DNA of 64,000 nucleotides from an uncultured Candidatus Saccharibacteria bacterium (GCA_964563615.1 CAZLWF010000002.1:1859-65858), one strand, 5' to 3'; counted from the first letter of the stretch, positions 28,354 to 38,734 are shown. Numbers and translations are program-made. Notes: generated by a model not told the origin, from the sequence alone.

Positions 28354-30024
28354 CTACTTTCTATTTTGCTGCCGGCGACTATACGCTGCCTTAATAAATG
28401 CAGTAAAAAGTTTATGCGGGTAGAGTGGCCGGGCAAGAAACTCTGGGTGGAACTGTGTACCCAAGAAAAACGGATGAGATTTCGCACTTAGCTCTGCAAT
28501 CTCCATAAGCTTACCATCTGGCGATGTGCCAGAAAATATTAGTCCAGCAGCTTCGAGAGCATTGATATATTCCCTATTTACTTCATACCGATGCCTATGA
28601 CGTTCAGTAATTTTTTCTGTGCCATACGCTTTGTGCGCAATCGTCCCTTTTGCAAGTAAGGCTTCATAGTCTCCAAGCCGCATAGTATTGCCGAACTGCT
28701 TCTTGGCGAGTTTCTCGATTTGTTCAGGCATGATGTCTATAACTAAATGCTTGCTTGATGGGTTAATTTCCCGTGAGGTTGCATCTTTTAGCTTTAGTAC
28801 GTTACGCGCATATTCGATAACCATAAGCTGCATGCCATAACAAAGTCCAAAATACGGAATAGCGTTTAGGCGCGCAAAGGTAATAGCTGCCAGTATGCCT
28901 TCGATTCCTCTCGCACCAAAGCCGCCCGGTACAATAATGCCATCATAGTGTTTGAGATTCTTGAGCTTGGCTTTACCACCTGGACCTTCAAAATCTATCG
29001 CATTGATCCAGCTTAAAACTGGTTTTTTACCCAAAGCATACGCAGAGAATTTAATCGCTTCAATTACTGAAAGGTATGAATCAGAAAGTGTAAAATCGCC
29101 TGTATCAAAATATTTCCCAACCATAGCAATGCGCACCTCGTCTTTGGTATGATGAATAGTTTGGACAATTTTCTTCCACTTTTTAATAGTATCAATTGCA
29201 GGTTGTCGACAAACAATATCCAGCATATCGCAAAAGAGCGTACTTAAGCCTTCTTTCTCAAAATTAATCGGCACATCATATATTGAGTCAACATCAGGCG
29301 CTGAAATAATGTGATCAGCAGGCACATTGCATGAAAATGCCAATTTCTCTTTGCGTTTTGCATCAAGCGGTTTTTCTGCACGTGCAACAATAATATCTGG
29401 AAGAATTCCAGAAGCATTCAAAGTCCTAATCGCATACTGTGTCGGCTTTGTTTTCATTTCCCCAACTTTTGATGGTATAGGTAAATACGAGACCATAACA
29501 AATGCAACATCTTTTGGATATTTGATTTTCATCATGCGTGCTGCTTCAAGGAAAAGGACATTCTGGTATTCACCAACGGTACCACCCACTTCTACGATTG
29601 TGACGTCAGCATCCGCTTGTTTTGAAGCTTCGGTAATACGAGCAATGATCTCCATTGGCACATGTGGTACAACTTCTACACATTTGCCTTCATACTCAAG
29701 ATTTCGCTCACGTGCAATAACGCTTTGATATACCCGCCCTGTTGTCATGTAATTGACGCGCGAAAGTGTCGTATTCAGAAATCGCTCATAGTTGCCCATG
29801 TCTTGATCCGTCTCATCCCCATCATGTAAAACAAAAACCTCACCATGCTCGGTGGGATTCATAGTCCCAGCGTCGACATTAACGTAAGGATCAATCTTTA
29901 TTGCTGTAACGGTAAGCCCGCGGTCTTGGAGAATCTTACCAATTGAGGAGGCAGTGACACCTTTCCCAACTCCGGATATAACTCCCCCCACCACAAAAAT
30001 ATATTTTGCTTGTTTGCTCCGCAT
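28354..30024 (-). CDS. pyrG: CTP synthase
   Basis: GGVISGVGKG, KIDPYVNVDAGTMNP.EHGE, KTKPTQ, GLCYGMQ, RHRHRYE, QFHPE. Confidence 0.98.
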   Translation of the reverse strand: MRSKQAKYIFVVGGVISGVGKGVTASSIGKILQDRGLTVTAIKIDPYVNVDAGTMNPTEHGEVFVLHDGDETDQDMGNYERFLNTTLSRVNYMTTGRVYQSVIARERNLEYEGKCVEVVPHVPMEIIARITEASKQADADVTIVEVGGTVGEYQNVLFLEAARMMKIKYPKDVAFVMVSYLPIPSKVGEMKTKPTQYAIRTLNASGILPDIIVARAEKPLDAKRKEKLAFSCNVPADHIISAPDVDSIYDVPINFEKEGLSTLFCDMLDIVCRQPAIDTIKKWKKIVQTIHHTKDEVRIAMVGKYFDTGDFTLSDSYLSVIEAIKFSAYALGKKPVLSWINAIDFEGPGGKAKLKNLKHYDGIIVPGGFGARGIEGILAAITFARLNAIPYFGLCYGMQLMVIEYARNVLKLKDATSREINPSSKHLVIDIMPEQIEKLAKKQFGNTMRLGDYEALLAKGTIAHKAYGTEKITERHRHRYEVNREYINALEAAGLIFSGTSPDGKLMEIAELSAKSHPFFLGTQFHPEFLARPLYPHKLFTAFIKAAYSRRQQNRK

Positions 30025-30036
30025 AGGCTAAATAGA

Positions 30037-30957
30037 TTATTTTCTTAAATACTTTCTGACTGCTAGAAAACTTGAAATTGCTCCCAAGAGTATACCAGAA
30101 ACTAAGACAATGGCAAAAACTTGAAGCAGGTTACGAATGAAATAGTCAAATAGGTTCATACCGAGAAACTCTGTCATATTCCTTCCCAACCAATATGTCA
30201 GCGGCAAAAACGCCACTATAGTCAAAATTGAGGCAATGGTGCCATATAAAATACCCTCAACCATAAACGGACCACGAATATACTTGTTTTCTGCACCGAC
30301 AAGTCGCATAACTCCAATCTCTTCACGCGTAAAGTATATTGTTAAGCGAATAGTAGTAAAGGTAATGATAATTGAAATAGCTACAAAAACGATCGTAAGC
30401 AGTAAGCCCAATTCTCGAGCACCAGCAATAATCGAATTGAGTCTGTCAATAACAATCTTGTTTTGATGATAATTAATTTTATCAATAACACCACCTGCAT
30501 CTGGTTTAGCTTGTTCTGTATCTAGAAACTTGGCTATACTTTCATACTGTGAAGGGTCTTTGGCTTTGACATTGAGTGTTGCGCCGAGAGGATTTTGTCC
30601 CAACTCTTCCAGTGCTTGCAAAGTCAAGAAATCATCTTGATGACGATTTTTAAAATTATCAAGTGCCTCTGCTGCAGAAACATAGGTTACTGTTTTGACT
30701 TCAGGCAACTGTTCAAGCGATGCTTTAATGTCAGTAATTTTATTTTCAGCCGCATCTGTCGTCATGTAGATGGTCACATCGACTTTATTCTCAATCTGTT
30801 CAAGAGAAATATGCAGTACAGCTTGGAGTAGAATAAGTCCTGCAATAACTGAAAGTGTAATCGTTGTTACTAAAAGAGAAGCGACAGAGACAATACCATT
30901 TCGCCAGAAGCTTATGAAACCAGATCGGATAATGCGTTTTATATCTAAAAGTGTCAT
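30037..30957 (-). CDS. ftsX: Cell division permease FtsX
   Basis: Four TMs, NPL, EIGVMRLVGA...IRGPFMVEG; follows ftsE. Confidence 0.93.
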   Translation of the reverse strand: MTLLDIKRIIRSGFISFWRNGIVSVASLLVTTITLSVIAGLILLQAVLHISLEQIENKVDVTIYMTTDAAENKITDIKASLEQLPEVKTVTYVSAAEALDNFKNRHQDDFLTLQALEELGQNPLGATLNVKAKDPSQYESIAKFLDTEQAKPDAGGVIDKINYHQNKIVIDRLNSIIAGARELGLLLTIVFVAISIIITFTTIRLTIYFTREEIGVMRLVGAENKYIRGPFMVEGILYGTIASILTIVAFLPLTYWLGRNMTEFLGMNLFDYFIRNLLQVFAIVLVSGILLGAISSFLAVRKYLRK

Positions 30958-30977
30958 ATATATTACAAAATAAATAA

Positions 30978-31661
30978 TTACATGCTATACCTACCATCTT
31001 TATCATCTCTAACTATCCGACCTTTCTCAAGTGTGACCACACGTCTGCCGATTGATTCGATGACGCCGCGATTGTGAGTCGTCAAAAGTACTGTGGTGCC
31101 TAGATCGTTTATCTTTTTTAAAATCTGGACAACTTCGTATGTATTAATTGGGTCCAAGTTCCCTGTTGGCTCATCAGCAATAATAACATCTGGCTGATTA
31201 ATAATAGCGCGGGCAATAGCAAGTCGCTGCTTCTCACCACCTGAGAGCTGGTGTGGAAAATTAAATATTTTATTTCCAAGATCAACAAGCTCAAGCACAT
31301 GTGGCACATCTGAAGCTATATCTTCATCTGTTTTACCAGCTGCTTCCATGGCAAAAGCGATGTTTTCATAGGCTGTTTTATTTGGCAGAAGGCGGAAATC
31401 CTGAAAGACGACACCGATTTGGCGGCGCAAACCCGTGATCGCACGGCTTTTAAGTTCGTGAATATTTTTTGATTCAAAAAAAACTGACCCTTCAGTTGGG
31501 CGCTCTTCAGCTAGAATAAGCTTCGTAAGGGTCGTTTTCCCAGCCCCCGAATGCCCTACAATCGAGACAAATTCGCCTTCAGCAATAGCCAAATCAATAT
31601 TATCAAGTGATGGCTCTTTCGCACCAGGATATAGCTTAGTAACACTATTGAAATTAATCAT
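30978..31661 (-). CDS. ftsE: Cell division ATP-binding protein FtsE
   Basis: GHSGAGKT, VVFQDFRLL, LSGGEKQR, ADEPTGNLD. Confidence 0.95.
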   Translation of the reverse strand: MINFNSVTKLYPGAKEPSLDNIDLAIAEGEFVSIVGHSGAGKTTLTKLILAEERPTEGSVFFESKNIHELKSRAITGLRRQIGVVFQDFRLLPNKTAYENIAFAMEAAGKTDEDIASDVPHVLELVDLGNKIFNFPHQLSGGEKQRLAIARAIINQPDVIIADEPTGNLDPINTYEVVQILKKINDLGTTVLLTTHNRGVIESIGRRVVTLEKGRIVRDDKDGRYSM

Positions 31662-31670
31662 ACAATATCC

Positions 31671-32552
31671 CTAGTATAACTTTTTTTCTGCTTCGATGAA
31701 AGCATCAAGTTCGCCGTCACTAAGCACACTGTCAACATTGCTTGTTTCTACGTCTGTCCGGTGATCTTTAACCATTTTATAGGGATGCAATACATACGAA
31801 CGAATCTGATTCCCCCACTCGATGTCAGTACCTTTTGTTAGCTGCAAGCTCTCTGCTAATGTTTTTTGTTCGTCTTGTGCTTTCTTCCACAATTTACCTC
31901 GAAGAATTTCCAACGCTCGCTCACGATTTTGTTCTTGCGAACGTTCTTCACGCACATGAACTGTAATTCCTGTTGGAGTATGGGTAACTCTAACTGCCGT
32001 TTCGCGTTTATTCACATTTTGTCCGCCCGGCCCCCCAGCTTTGGTAAATTCGATTGCTATATCGCCTTCATGTAATTCTGGCATAAGCGCTTTTGGAATT
32101 TGAGGAATGAACTCAACGAGCGCAAAACTAGTATTACGCTTAGCTTTCGAATTAAATGGTGAAAGTCGCACGAGCCGATGCACACCATTTTCATGCTTGA
32201 GTAATCCGTAGGCACCCTTGCCGAGAACTTCAGCGGTTATATTACGATAACCGCCATGATCATTAGTATTCTCATGAATTATTTTGGCAGCAAAACCGTT
32301 TCTTTGAAAATATTTCATATACATTAGAAATAGCATCCTGCCAAAATCTTCTGCATCTGCACCGCCTGCACCTGAGACTATCGAGAAAATGGTATTACTC
32401 GCATCAAAACCATTAACGCCATCTTTCTTGTTCTTAAGATCTTGTAGTTCCCTCACGAGCAATTGTGCTTTTGATTTGTCAGACCAAAAATCCCCAGATG
32501 TCATACTAGTTTCGATTTCAGTTATTCTTTGCTCAATTTCCTGTTCATTCAT
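31671..32552 (-). CDS. prfB: Peptide chain release factor 2 (short form, no frameshift)
   Basis: GVHRLVRLSPF (SPF motif), GGPGGQNVN, WGNQIRSYVLHPY. Confidence 0.93.
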   Translation of the reverse strand: MNEQEIEQRITEIETSMTSGDFWSDKSKAQLLVRELQDLKNKKDGVNGFDASNTIFSIVSGAGGADAEDFGRMLFLMYMKYFQRNGFAAKIIHENTNDHGGYRNITAEVLGKGAYGLLKHENGVHRLVRLSPFNSKAKRNTSFALVEFIPQIPKALMPELHEGDIAIEFTKAGGPGGQNVNKRETAVRVTHTPTGITVHVREERSQEQNRERALEILRGKLWKKAQDEQKTLAESLQLTKGTDIEWGNQIRSYVLHPYKMVKDHRTDVETSNVDSVLSDGELDAFIEAEKKLY

Positions 32553-32588
32553 ATATCTTAGTATACCAATACATCTTTATCTTGTAAT

Positions 32589-33704
32589 TTACGAATAAAT
32601 CCTCGGTACGCGATTTGAAATACAAGTTGTGATTTCGTGAGGCGTAGTATCAACTAGTCTTGCAATATCTTCAACTTTGATAGTTTCACTTCCTTCGTGA
32701 CCAATCAGTGTTACTGTATCTTCGAGATATGCTTCCCCATCATTACCAAGTGAGACCATTGTTTGATCCATACATATACGACCAACTACTGGATATTTCT
32801 TACCGTGGATTAATACTTTCCCATTATTTGATAGTCGACGCGGATATCCATCTGCATATCCAATTGGAATCGTTACTATGCGCTCGTGCGTATTTACAAC
32901 AGTATATGATCTTCCATAGCCAATTGACTCCCCTTGTTCACGAACTTTAAAATATACAACTTTTGTTTTTAACTCTAATACCGGATGAATCGATTTTGGC
33001 AGTATAATAGAGTCATAATCTGGTTCAATTCCATAGAGTGCAATACCCGGTCTCACCATCGTGAAATGATATTCAGGATACAAGAAAATTGACCGTGAAC
33101 TACACATATGAATAAACGGTGGAGAAAGATGAAGCGTCTTTGCATACTCAACTGTCCGAATAAAACGCTCGGCTTGCACTTTAGTAAAATCAGCATCCAG
33201 GCTATCTGAAAAATGCGAATACATCCCTTCGCAATACATCATATTTGCATTAGAAAGCTCTATGGCTTTTTGTATAAAAGGTTCGGCTCGATTACAGTGC
33301 ACACCGATACGACCCATACCTGTATCAATTTTCAAATGCACTTTTGGTACTATTCCAAGTTTTTGACCGACATTACAAATGAGAACAAGTTTATCAACTG
33401 AAGATGCTGTTAATGTAAGATTATTTGTAATCGCACTCTCAATTTCTTGAGCATCTAATGCGGCAAAAACAAGAATAGGAAGTTCAACACCATTTGCTCG
33501 AAGCACACAACCTTCCGATACCAGAGCCACTGAAAAATAATCTACATGCCTTGCGAGAGCTTGTGCGACCTGTATCATGCCATGACCGTAGGCATCAGCT
33601 TTTACTACGGCACAAACTTTTACACCTGGTTTACAAGCATGCTTAATACCATCTGCATTGTTTTGTAATGTGCGTATTGATATGGCTGCATAAGTATTTC
33701 TCAT
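32589..33704 (-). CDS. alr: Alanine racemase
   Basis: AVVKADAYGHG, HLKIDTGMGRIG, VRPGIALYG, GYADG, GRICMD. Start at ATG 33704; the longer ORF would overlap the tRNA. Confidence 0.96.
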   Translation of the reverse strand: MRNTYAAISIRTLQNNADGIKHACKPGVKVCAVVKADAYGHGMIQVAQALARHVDYFSVALVSEGCVLRANGVELPILVFAALDAQEIESAITNNLTLTASSVDKLVLICNVGQKLGIVPKVHLKIDTGMGRIGVHCNRAEPFIQKAIELSNANMMYCEGMYSHFSDSLDADFTKVQAERFIRTVEYAKTLHLSPPFIHMCSSRSIFLYPEYHFTMVRPGIALYGIEPDYDSIILPKSIHPVLELKTKVVYFKVREQGESIGYGRSYTVVNTHERIVTIPIGYADGYPRRLSNNGKVLIHGKKYPVVGRICMDQTMVSLGNDGEAYLEDTVTLIGHEGSETIKVEDIARLVDTTPHEITTCISNRVPRIYS

Positions 33705-33724
33705 AAAATATTTTACAAATTTTG

Positions 33725-33797
33725 AGCCACCCCCGAGGATCGAACTCGGGACCCCCGCTTTACGAAAGCGATGCTCTACCAACTGAGCTAGGGTGGC
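33725..33797 (-). tRNA. tRNA-Thr (CGT)
   Basis: GCCACCC...TCGCT-TTCGTAA-AGCGG...CCGAG-TTCGATC-CTCGG GGGTGGC. Confidence 0.95.
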
Positions 33798-33860
33798 AAA
33801 TCTATTTATTCAATATAACACGCCTGGACTGTAGCAGATTTTACCTAAGTATTCAAATAA

Positions 33861-33884
33861 AAACCTGCACATATGTGCAGGTTT
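33861..33884 (-). terminator. Terminator-like palindrome after purA
   Basis: AAACCTGCACAT-ATGTGCAGGTTT. Confidence 0.7.
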
Positions 33885-33898
33885 AAAAATTTATTTAA

Positions 33899-35227
33899 TT
33901 AACTTTGCCACCGGACAATATCTTTACGATCCGGGCCAGTTCCGATTGCCTCAATTGCTATCGGACCGCAGTCCCAAGACGCAAAAACATTCTCTAAATA
34001 ATTTAGAAAATTACAAAGAGACGATGGAATATCCTGTGTTTCAATTGATCCTGGAGATACTTTCCACCCACGATGCTCTTTAGTCACACATGTTATTCCA
34101 TCAAGCGTTGCAGGAAATTCTTTAATAATTTTATCGTCTTTTTTATAACCTGTAACAACATGAATAACATCGCTTGGGCAAACATCCACTTTTGTAATGA
34201 ACACCTTTGTTATATTATTTCTTTCGACAGCATACCGTAATGCTACTAAATCAAGCCACCCACAATTCCGTGGACGCCCAGTTGTTGCACCATACTCACA
34301 ACCATCCTTTCTGAATTTCTCTTCTACCTCTTCAGGCATGCGTGATGGAAATGCACCGCTGCCAACTTTAGTGGCATAGAACTTAACAACTCCCATAACA
34401 GTGTGAATTGAGTGCGCTGGAACCCCCAAACTTACTGCTGCATGTGCTGCATAGGTCGAAGAACTGGTTACATTCGGGAAATCACCAAAATCAACATCAA
34501 GACCACTACCCTGAGCTCCCTCTGCAAGTATTTTTTTACCCTGCTTTATAGCATCTAACAAATATTGTGACAGATCAATAATATGGAGAGTCCTAATAAA
34601 TTCAATTGCACGCAACCATTCTGCCTTATCTTTCTTGTATTCTTCCATCGGAAAAGAAAAGTATTTATCGAAAAGGGTAAACTGCTCCATATGATACGCT
34701 TCCCATGCTTCAAATCGAATAAGGAAGTCTGGAGAAAAAATATCTCCCATGCGAAGCGAGCGCCTTGCATATTTATCTTCATAAGCAGGGCCAATACCTT
34801 GACATGTTGTGCCAATTTTCTTGCCAGTTAATACTTCTTTCCTCTTCTCTTCAGCCATATCACGATATATATGAAAAGGCGCAATGAGAGACATATGCCG
34901 GGATATAAATAATCGACTGATTACTTCGATACCCAGACTTTCAAGCTCATGAATTTCATTAACTATTTTAATTGGATTCCCTACCATACCTGCACCCATA
35001 CATCCTATTTTATCTTTTTGACCAAAAGCGCATGGTAACGAGTGCAGAACAATCTTATTCCCTTCAAATTCCAATGTGTGACCAGCATTTGGCCCACCTT
35101 GGAACCTGACAACAATGTCATATAGAGACAGTAAGTAATCTACGATTTTACCTTTTCCTTCATCGCCCCATTGTAATCCAATAAGGACATCAATGAAGCC
35201 TTTAATAACTGTTAGTATCTGTTTCAT
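33899..35227 (-). CDS. purA: Adenylosuccinate synthetase
   Basis: QWGDEGKGK, GGPNAGHT, IGTTCQGIGPAY, EGAQG, EYGATTGRPR.CGWLD. Confidence 0.96.
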   Translation of the reverse strand: MKQILTVIKGFIDVLIGLQWGDEGKGKIVDYLLSLYDIVVRFQGGPNAGHTLEFEGNKIVLHSLPCAFGQKDKIGCMGAGMVGNPIKIVNEIHELESLGIEVISRLFISRHMSLIAPFHIYRDMAEEKRKEVLTGKKIGTTCQGIGPAYEDKYARRSLRMGDIFSPDFLIRFEAWEAYHMEQFTLFDKYFSFPMEEYKKDKAEWLRAIEFIRTLHIIDLSQYLLDAIKQGKKILAEGAQGSGLDVDFGDFPNVTSSSTYAAHAAVSLGVPAHSIHTVMGVVKFYATKVGSGAFPSRMPEEVEEKFRKDGCEYGATTGRPRNCGWLDLVALRYAVERNNITKVFITKVDVCPSDVIHVVTGYKKDDKIIKEFPATLDGITCVTKEHRGWKVSPGSIETQDIPSSLCNFLNYLENVFASWDCGPIAIEAIGTGPDRKDIVRWQS

Positions 35228-35266
35228 TTTCAGAATTTTTGTGAAAAGAATTTTTTGAATTATTTA

Positions 35267-36736
35267 CTATTTACTGTAATTCGGTGCTTCGTTGGTAATC
35301 ACCACATCATGGACATGGCTTTCACGAATACCGGCAGATGAAATTTTAACAAATCGTGCTCGTTTTAATGTTGGAATATCAGGGGAGCCAGTATAGCCCA
35401 TGCCTGCTTGTAATCCACCAATACACTGCACCATAACTTCAGCCAGTGTCCCTTTATATGGAACACGACCGACTATCCCTTCCGGAGTCAGTTTCTTAAT
35501 ATCGTCTTCAGCATCCTGAAAATAACGATCTTTCGATCCATCTTGCATGGCTTCAAGTGACCCCATGCCTCTGTACGACTTAAATTTTCGGCCTTCAAAA
35601 ATAATCGTCTCGCCGGGCGATTCTTCTACTCCAGCAAAAAGTGACCCTGCCATGACAGTATCAGCACCAGCTGCGATTGCTTTGACAATATCACCAGTGT
35701 ATCGAATACCGCCGTCTGCAATGAGCGGAATGTTATATGGCTTCAAGCCCTCTGCTGCTTCCATAACAGCCGTAAGCTGCGGCACGCCTACTCCAGTAAC
35801 AATTCGAGTAGTACAGATTGATCCAGGTCCTACACCCACCTTAACTGCATCTACACCAGCTTCTGCAAGTGCTACCGCACCTTCACTGGTCGCTACATTA
35901 CCAGCAATCACTTGAAGATCTTTGAATTTTTTCTTTACATTTTTTACTGACTCCAAGACACCATGTGAATGGCCATGTGCAGTATCAATACAAATCACAT
36001 CTACTCCATTATGAACAAGCGCTTGTATTCGATCCAAAATATCTACTGTTACACCAACAGCGGCACCCACCAACAACCGTCCGTATTTATCTTTACATGC
36101 ATTTGGATGACTTTTTAATTTCAAAATATCCCGGTATGTAATGAGTCCTTTTAATTTTCCTGTATTATCAATAACCGGAAGTTTTTCAACCTTATAGTCC
36201 TGTAGAATTTCTTTAGCTTTTTCCAGATCTGTACCTTCGGGCGCAGTAACTAGTCTGTCCTTTGTCATCACTTCTGAAATCTTCCGCAACGTATCTTTTT
36301 CAAACCGGAGGTCACGATTAGTAAGAATGCCCACCAGTTTCTTTTCATTGTCTATAATGGGAATGCCACCAATCTTGAATTCCTTCATGATTTTCAATGC
36401 CTGGCCAATGGTATCTTCTGGATGAAGTGTGGTCGGATCAATAATGAGTCCACTTTCGCTCCGTTTAACTCTTCTCACAGCTTCAGCTTGTCGTTCAATC
36501 GACATATTTTTATGAAGAATTCCAATGCCACCTTGACTTGCCATAGCAATAGCCATTTCCCAATCAGTGACAGTATCCATGGCAGCCGAAAGAATAGGAA
36601 CATTGATCCTGATATTCCGCGTAAGCTGGCTGGAAGTGTTTACTTCTCTGGGCAAAACCTCAGAATGACTAGGCAGGATGAGAACATCATCGTACGTCAG
36701 TCCATCAAAGGTAATTTTTGGTTTATTCTGTTCCAT
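35267..36736 (-). CDS. guaB: IMP dehydrogenase
   Basis: [18 protein letters not shown] pair, [20 protein letters not shown]. Confidence 0.98.
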   Translation of the reverse strand: MEQNKPKITFDGLTYDDVLILPSHSEVLPREVNTSSQLTRNIRINVPILSAAMDTVTDWEMAIAMASQGGIGILHKNMSIERQAEAVRRVKRSESGLIIDPTTLHPEDTIGQALKIMKEFKIGGIPIIDNEKKLVGILTNRDLRFEKDTLRKISEVMTKDRLVTAPEGTDLEKAKEILQDYKVEKLPVIDNTGKLKGLITYRDILKLKSHPNACKDKYGRLLVGAAVGVTVDILDRIQALVHNGVDVICIDTAHGHSHGVLESVKNVKKKFKDLQVIAGNVATSEGAVALAEAGVDAVKVGVGPGSICTTRIVTGVGVPQLTAVMEAAEGLKPYNIPLIADGGIRYTGDIVKAIAAGADTVMAGSLFAGVEESPGETIIFEGRKFKSYRGMGSLEAMQDGSKDRYFQDAEDDIKKLTPEGIVGRVPYKGTLAEVMVQCIGGLQAGMGYTGSPDIPTLKRARFVKISSAGIRESHVHDVVITNEAPNYSK

Positions 36737-36762
36737 GTTTCTGTTTTTATGAAGGTTACATT

Positions 36763-36843
36763 AAAAAACACTCTTGTAGGAGTGCCAGTACCTTATTTAT
36801 CAAAGGTTTGCATTAGTCTATACTCACCCATGACCTGAGTCAA
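36763..36843 (-). promoter_or_regulatory. Sigma70-type promoter plus short terminator-containing leader of guaB-purA
   Basis: TTGACT (36843-36838)-17 nt-TAGACT (36820-36815). Then hairpin ACCTT/AAGGT and terminator GCACTC-CTACAA-GAGTGT-TTTTT. Confidence 0.55.
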
Positions 36844-36860
36844 TGAGAATCTTTTTTCTG

Positions 36861-36933
36861 AGCCGTTGTCCGGGATTGAACCGGAGACCTCGTTCTTACC
36901 AAGAACGTGCTCTACCAACTGAGCTACAACGGC
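36861..36933 (-). tRNA. tRNA-Thr (GGT)
   Basis: GCCGTTG...CGTTC-TTGGTAA-GAACG...TCCGG-TTCAATC-CCGGA CAACGGC. Confidence 0.95.
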
Positions 36934-36948
36934 TTATATACTTTTAGA

Positions 36949-36971
36949 TCTACCAAAACAGCTACAACAAC
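36949..36971 (-). repeat. Degenerate copy of the tRNA-Thr(GGT) 5' end
   Basis: GTTGTTGTAGCTGTTTTGGTAGA vs tRNA GCCGTTGTAGCTCAGTTGGTAGA (18/23 identical). Confidence 0.75.
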
Positions 36972-37057
36972 AAGTAAGCTATCTTTTTTTGCTTATCAGA
37001 AAATCACTTTAAAATACTCTTCCACTATAGAGATTTTCTACTTTTTTGCAAATAACC

Positions 37058-37543
37058 TTAAATAATTTGCACAATTGTCGGTGTAACTATTTTCTCATAA
37101 TCAACCGCTCGCATTGCGATAGAATACGATCGATCACCTGCATTAAAAATAATTTTTTCATTTTTTAATACTTCTGGGTCCACATAGACTTCCAATCCAA
37201 ATAGATTACCAAATGGAGGCACCCCGCCTGGAAGTATGCCGTTCGTGATCTCACCTACTTCCACTTCTGTTGCAAATCTAACTTCTGTAATACCAAGATT
37301 TGCTTTCAGTTGCTTTTCACTAAAGCGCATGTCACCAGGCACTACGAGCATAATAAATTTTTTACCTTTGTTTGGTATTTTTACACGGACAATAATTGCC
37401 TTTGCTCCTTGATGGATTGTATACCCATGACGGATGTTGGATGCTTCCTCACTGGTTCGTACCGGAGCATGCTCAAATACCTCATACAAAATACTTTCAG
37501 AATCCAAAAGTTTCTTTATTGTTTCAACTGTTGGATGGTACAT
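37058..37543 (-). CDS. YbaK/ProX-family aminoacyl-tRNA deacylase
   Basis: HAPVRTSEEA, GAKAIIV, GGVPPFG, FNAG. Confidence 0.9.
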   Translation of the reverse strand: MYHPTVETIKKLLDSESILYEVFEHAPVRTSEEASNIRHGYTIHQGAKAIIVRVKIPNKGKKFIMLVVPGDMRFSEKQLKANLGITEVRFATEVEVGEITNGILPGGVPPFGNLFGLEVYVDPEVLKNEKIIFNAGDRSYSIAMRAVDYEKIVTPTIVQII

Positions 37544-37550
37544 AGTGTAA

Positions 37551-38540
37551 TTACTCTGTCGTCTCTAAACTTTCCAAATATTCTTTTAGAGTTTGGCTGG
37601 ATGATTTGAGTGCTTCTGCATGAGCAATACCCACATAGCGATAGTGCCATGGCTCATACGCATAACCTGTTATAGATTCTTTGCCACTTGGATAACTCAG
37701 TACAAAGCCGTACTCACCTGCGTGCGTTGCAAGCCATTTGCCTTCTGGTGACTGCGCAAATGAATGACTCGTTGATACATAACGCAATGATGCTCCAGTG
37801 AGATCTACCGTTGTTCCTAATTGATGTTCGGAGTGTCCTGGTAATGCACTTACCCGACTTGCATATGCTATGCCTCGGAGTTTTGTATAAAAATTAAATA
37901 GATATTCTTGTATTTCAAAATTACGAAATCCAGATGTAATACGTATAACGAGCCCTTGGGTACGCGCAGCATTGCTCATGCGAATATAAGCATCTGCTGT
38001 TTCACTTCTCAAACATATAATGCCATTTGTCACCACTTGTTCTGGTAATACGACCAGATCAGATGGTGCGTAATCTCTATCTACCATTTGTGTTTTGCTT
38101 ATTGGTAGTAGTAACGTATCAGCATATGTCACATCACCTTTGGGGCAAAGGGCTCCTATGAATAATTGATTTATTTTTTCTTTCGTTTCTTTATCAAACA
38201 TGCCGGTTATGGGCAACAATGCGTCTTTTTGAAAAAGAGCAAGTGCATTTGTAGTTTCTATACCGAATACACCATCAATACGTGAAATACTTTTTGGATA
38301 TATGCTACGCAAATATGTTTGTAAATAGCTCACATCCGCTCCGTAATTACCTGACTGAAGTTCTCGTGTAAAACCACCAGCTGCACGCCAGTTATTAAGT
38401 GTCTCAATATTTAAATTAGATACAGAACCAAAGGTCGGCGTACTACTGCCATTACTAGAATTGATATTAAAGACGAAAAGCACGAGCAGTATAGCTGCAA
38501 GTCCGGTAAATAGGGTGAATACTTTAAATGTATATTTCAT
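37551..38540 (-). CDS. M15B (VanY-like) carboxypeptidase with peptidoglycan-binding domain
   Basis: PG-binding motif (L..G..GADV..LQ..L...DGVFG..T..A...FQ), SGFR, SALPGHSEHQLG..VD, YEPWHYRYVG. Confidence 0.9.
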   Translation of the reverse strand: MKYTFKVFTLFTGLAAILLVLFVFNINSSNGSSTPTFGSVSNLNIETLNNWRAAGGFTRELQSGNYGADVSYLQTYLRSIYPKSISRIDGVFGIETTNALALFQKDALLPITGMFDKETKEKINQLFIGALCPKGDVTYADTLLLPISKTQMVDRDYAPSDLVVLPEQVVTNGIICLRSETADAYIRMSNAARTQGLVIRITSGFRNFEIQEYLFNFYTKLRGIAYASRVSALPGHSEHQLGTTVDLTGASLRYVSTSHSFAQSPEGKWLATHAGEYGFVLSYPSGKESITGYAYEPWHYRYVGIAHAEALKSSSQTLKEYLESLETTE

Positions 38541-38568
38541 AGATTAAAATTTTCTAACACTACAATCA

Positions 38569-38734
38569 TGCGCGACCGGACTTGACGGTCAAGTTTCTAA
38601 TTCGCTCCGCTCATAAGAACTTCCTCGCCGAGTTCACTAGTTGCAAGCAACATAGCTCCGCTTGTTCAAGTCCGGATATGAGTAAAGCAGTTTACTCATA
38701 TCGGCCACACAAAAATCCCTTTCAGGATTTTTTG
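38569..38734 (-). repeat. tRNA-Asp 3'-linked structured element (antisense + direct repeat of the tRNA 3' end)
   Basis: Minus strand: TGTGTGGCCG-[ATATGAGTAAA CTGC TTTACTCATAT]-CCGGACTTGAAC ... GAGCGGAGCGA ... TCAAGTCCGGTCGCGCA. Confidence 0.85.

Noticed and set aside
31671-32552. Stop-codon reassignment (code 25)
   Set aside because: RF2 with SPF is present, TGA ends genes (e.g. at 7239), and conserved genes show no in-frame TGA.
33705-33782. N-terminal extension of Alr in the ORF track
   Set aside because: It is translated tRNA-Thr sequence; the likely start is ATG 33704.
36785-36846. Purine riboswitch upstream of guaB
   Set aside because: It lacks the conserved J2/3 (UUUCUACC) and L3 (CCGUAAA) sequences, and the first hairpin coincides with the promoter spacer.
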